Part shown: piece by piece, positions 50,706 through 53,571 of the stretch | Layout of the letters: each line of letters starts with the position of its first letter | How positions within the stretch are numbered: the stretch's first letter is position 1 | Assembly (NCBI RefSeq): GCF_001194135.2 | Contig: NC_069001.1 | Coordinates: 25,342,074-25,395,644 of the forward strand | Length of the DNA: 53,571 nt | Direction of reading: 5' to 3' | From: Octopus bimaculoides | Taxonomy: Eukaryota | Notes under the pieces: generated by a model | Seen by the model: only the letters and a program-made list of their open reading frames with translations | What the model was told of the DNA's origin: nothing | Database searches by the model: none | Translations under genes and position numbers: made by a program

Positions 50706-51772
50706 TATATGCGTATTTATATGCATGTATGCGTGCAGTATGTATATAATAGTGTGTATAGGTCTATGGACATAACTTATCAATTTCTTCTAATATTAGA
50801 CTTGATTCTGACAAATATATATTTGCCAGCGAATGTGTTTTCTTTAGACATAATACGGTTAGGTTTCACCCTATTGCTTATGGATTCCGTTCCACATAAG
50901 TAGAAATCTACACAAAAATGGACGAATTAAGTAGAAGTCAATGGTTTATCCAACTCACTCTGTATTGATTTATGCTAGGGCCTCGGCAATGAGTTAGATC
51001 TTATTCCTCATGTACGTATACCTTACAGGTTTACACAAAATATCACGTTTCATAGACACATAGACGAATGCTTTCTCTGCTCATATCTTTTCTCTCCCTC
51101 TCTGTCTATAAATTTATCTCGCTTGTAAACACACGCACCCACACACACACACATATCTAAACATAGTAACATATATGCAATCAGAAACACATACATTTAC
51201 TTACTCCCACATATGCGCAAACATATACATAGATTGCGCTGAAGAATATGCAAAGAAAACCCACCTACACTCTCATGTGTCTGTGTGCGTGTGTGGTGTG
51301 ATCGTATGTGTGTGTACGATTATGTGTTGTGTACATGTATGTGTTTGTATGTGTACTATTATCTGTTGTGTGATTTTATGTGTGTGCGTGTCCACGCGTG
51401 TATGTGCGTATATGTCTCGGGCGAGTGTGTGTGTATGTAATTATGCACGTGTGTATGTGTGTAAGAGAGTCTGTGTGTAATTATGAATATGTGTATTGCG
51501 TATGTACGCTCCCCGACGTGTAACTGAAAATCAAATGACAGAGAGATCGAGAGAAACAAAGTGAGAGAGAGAAAGAAAGATAAAGCGAAAGTGAGCGACA
51601 AAGAGAGTCAGACAGACAGAAAGTCACACAGACAGAGAGAGTAGAATAGGAAGAAAGAGAAATAGTAAAGAGAAAGATATCGTTTATGTAAATATGAAAC
51701 ACAAACGTAAACATATATATATGTCTCTATGTGTATCTGTATCACTTACATCTAATAACCCATCTCTTGCAG

Positions 51773-51869
51773 TCTAACATCCAGCAGAGCAGTTTACTTT
51801 TACAGTTTGCATGGAGATTACATTTGTTTTTTGACTGATGGTAGAAGCAATACTTATTTGTTTAGTGAG
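51773..51869 (+). CDS. Candidate internal exon (phase 2 to 0), product unknown
   Basis: Branch-like tctaat, acceptor cccatctcttgcag, open frame LTSSRAVYFYSLHGDYICFLTDGRSNTYLFSE, donor GAG|gtgagg. Confidence 0.4.
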
Positions 51870-51949
51870 GTGAGGTTCGTTCCCAATTAAAGCGTGTTTA
51901 CCCAGCTTCAGTTCTCCTGCACAGTTCGTTTCAGAAGTGTCGTCTGCTG

Positions 51950-52115
51950 TAGTACTAAGGGGCCGACCAAAGCCTTGTGAGCAGGTGTGGTTGAAGGTGT
52001 GCTTCACGGTAGGTATTTGTGTCTGCATTTAGCCCCCACTACCATTTGACCAAACACATTGATGTGTCTACGTGTGAGAAAAAAGAGCATAGAATAAGTA
52101 TTTGACTTTCAAAAA
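51950..52115 (+). mobile_element. SINE family B, degenerate
   Basis: ggccgaccaaagccttgtgag and tagaataagta motifs. Confidence 0.6.
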
Positions 52116-52199
52116 TATATATATTCAGGTCGGTTCATTCGATTAAAATTCGTCGAGGTATTAAAAGTTAAAGCATATTGACTTGTGTCTCTGTGTGCT

Positions 52200-52275
<76 letters not shown>

Positions 52276-52920
52276 TGTATGCATATATATATATATATGT
52301 ATGTATGCATATATATATATATATATATATANNNNNNNNNNNNNNNNNNNNNNNNNNNNNNNNNNNNNNNNNNNNNNNNNNNNNNNNNNNNNNNNNNNNN
52401 NNNNNNNNNNNNNNNNNNNNNNNNNNNNNNNNNNNNNNNNNNNNNNNNNNNNNNNNNNNNNNNNNNNNNNNNNNNNNNNNNNNNNNNNNNNNNNNNNNNN
52501 NNNNNNNNNNNNNNNNNNNNNNNNNNNNNNNNNNNNNNNNNNNNNNNNNNNNNNNNNNNNNNNNNNNNNNNNNNNNNNNNNNNNNNNNNNNNNNNNNNNN
52601 NNNNNNNNNNNNNNNNNNNNNNNNNNNNNNNTTATATAGATATATATGTGAGTATATATGTATGTATATTTATATACATATATGAGTGTATATATGTATG
52701 TATGTATATTTATATACATATAAATATGTGTGTATATGTATGTATGTATGTATATTTATATGCATATATATATATATTTATACATATATAAATGTGTATG
52801 TATGTATGTATGTATATTTATATGCATATATATATATTTATACATATATAAATATGTATGTATGTATGCATGTATATATATATATATATATGTATGAATA
52901 TGTGTATGCTCATGTATATA
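52200..52920. repeat. (CA)n, (TA)n, gap and TA/TATG minisatellite
   Basis: Directly visible. Confidence 0.93.
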
Positions 52921-53506
52921 TAACGACACGTGGGTTCGTAAATGTCAATTGACTACATTTGTACCGCTGGAATATATAAATAGTATGAATTAGTACATTA
53001 TGTTCTTGGCCTGTAATATCATAAATCTGTTTGGGCATCGCTAGTGTCCCGATTGTTGTGTTTAACCCTAAACATCTACCTTTATTTAAATAAAATATAT
53101 TCTCATCTACGACAAGCTAGTGCAGTTAACCAAATTTTCTCGTGTAACTGGTTGAAATCATGAATTAATGTCAACGTTGAATTACTCTGAATTGCCCCAA
53201 AGCTAATATTTTGTGTATCATAGAGATATTCGTTTTCGGTTTATATAATTATGATAGGAGTTATATACTTGCATAACTGACTTATTCAATAGATCAGGTT
53301 TTAGCATGCAATGAATATGCGGATGAATGTAATTCTACACTGGATATATTTTTCTACAGGCGTTCCAACCTCCATATAACGATTGAGAAAACTGGAAAGA
53401 TTGAAAATAACGTGGGGTTTTCTCCACAGACACATCTTTCGAAAAACTAAGGGGCACTGTAGATCTGAATACTATACACGCGGTTCACAATTATTATTAT
53501 TATATA

Positions 53507-53571
<65 letters not shown>

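Overview
AT-rich, repeat-dominated eukaryotic intronic/intergenic DNA with nine N-gaps, nearly all flanked by (TA)n/(TG)n microsatellites. The SINE families and microsatellite style resemble those I recall from octopus (coleoid cephalopod); this assignment is an inference. There is no intact, recognisable protein-coding gene. Supported content: about 20 tRNA-derived SINE copies in three families (including a four-copy head-to-tail array and three copies with clean 14-bp target-site duplications), a near full-length Tc1 transposase pseudogene, two mariner remnants, several MITEs/foldbacks, Helitron-like elements, a zinc-knuckle ORF1 remnant fused to a SINE head, and a CRE-like retrotransposon C-terminal remnant. 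The most notable unexplained structure is a set of small type I hammerhead-ribozyme motifs of the Penelope-associated kind: a canonical core at 30272-30322 (-), variants at 3783-3838 (+), 15692-15735 (+), 29542-29591 (+) and 30091-30128 (-), and hammerhead-like cores in both arms of a 282-bp palindrome at 34456-34737. A few candidate exons are listed at low confidence. Almost all ORFs in the supplied track are microsatellite or gap artefacts. All structures were read by eye; no searches or folding were run.
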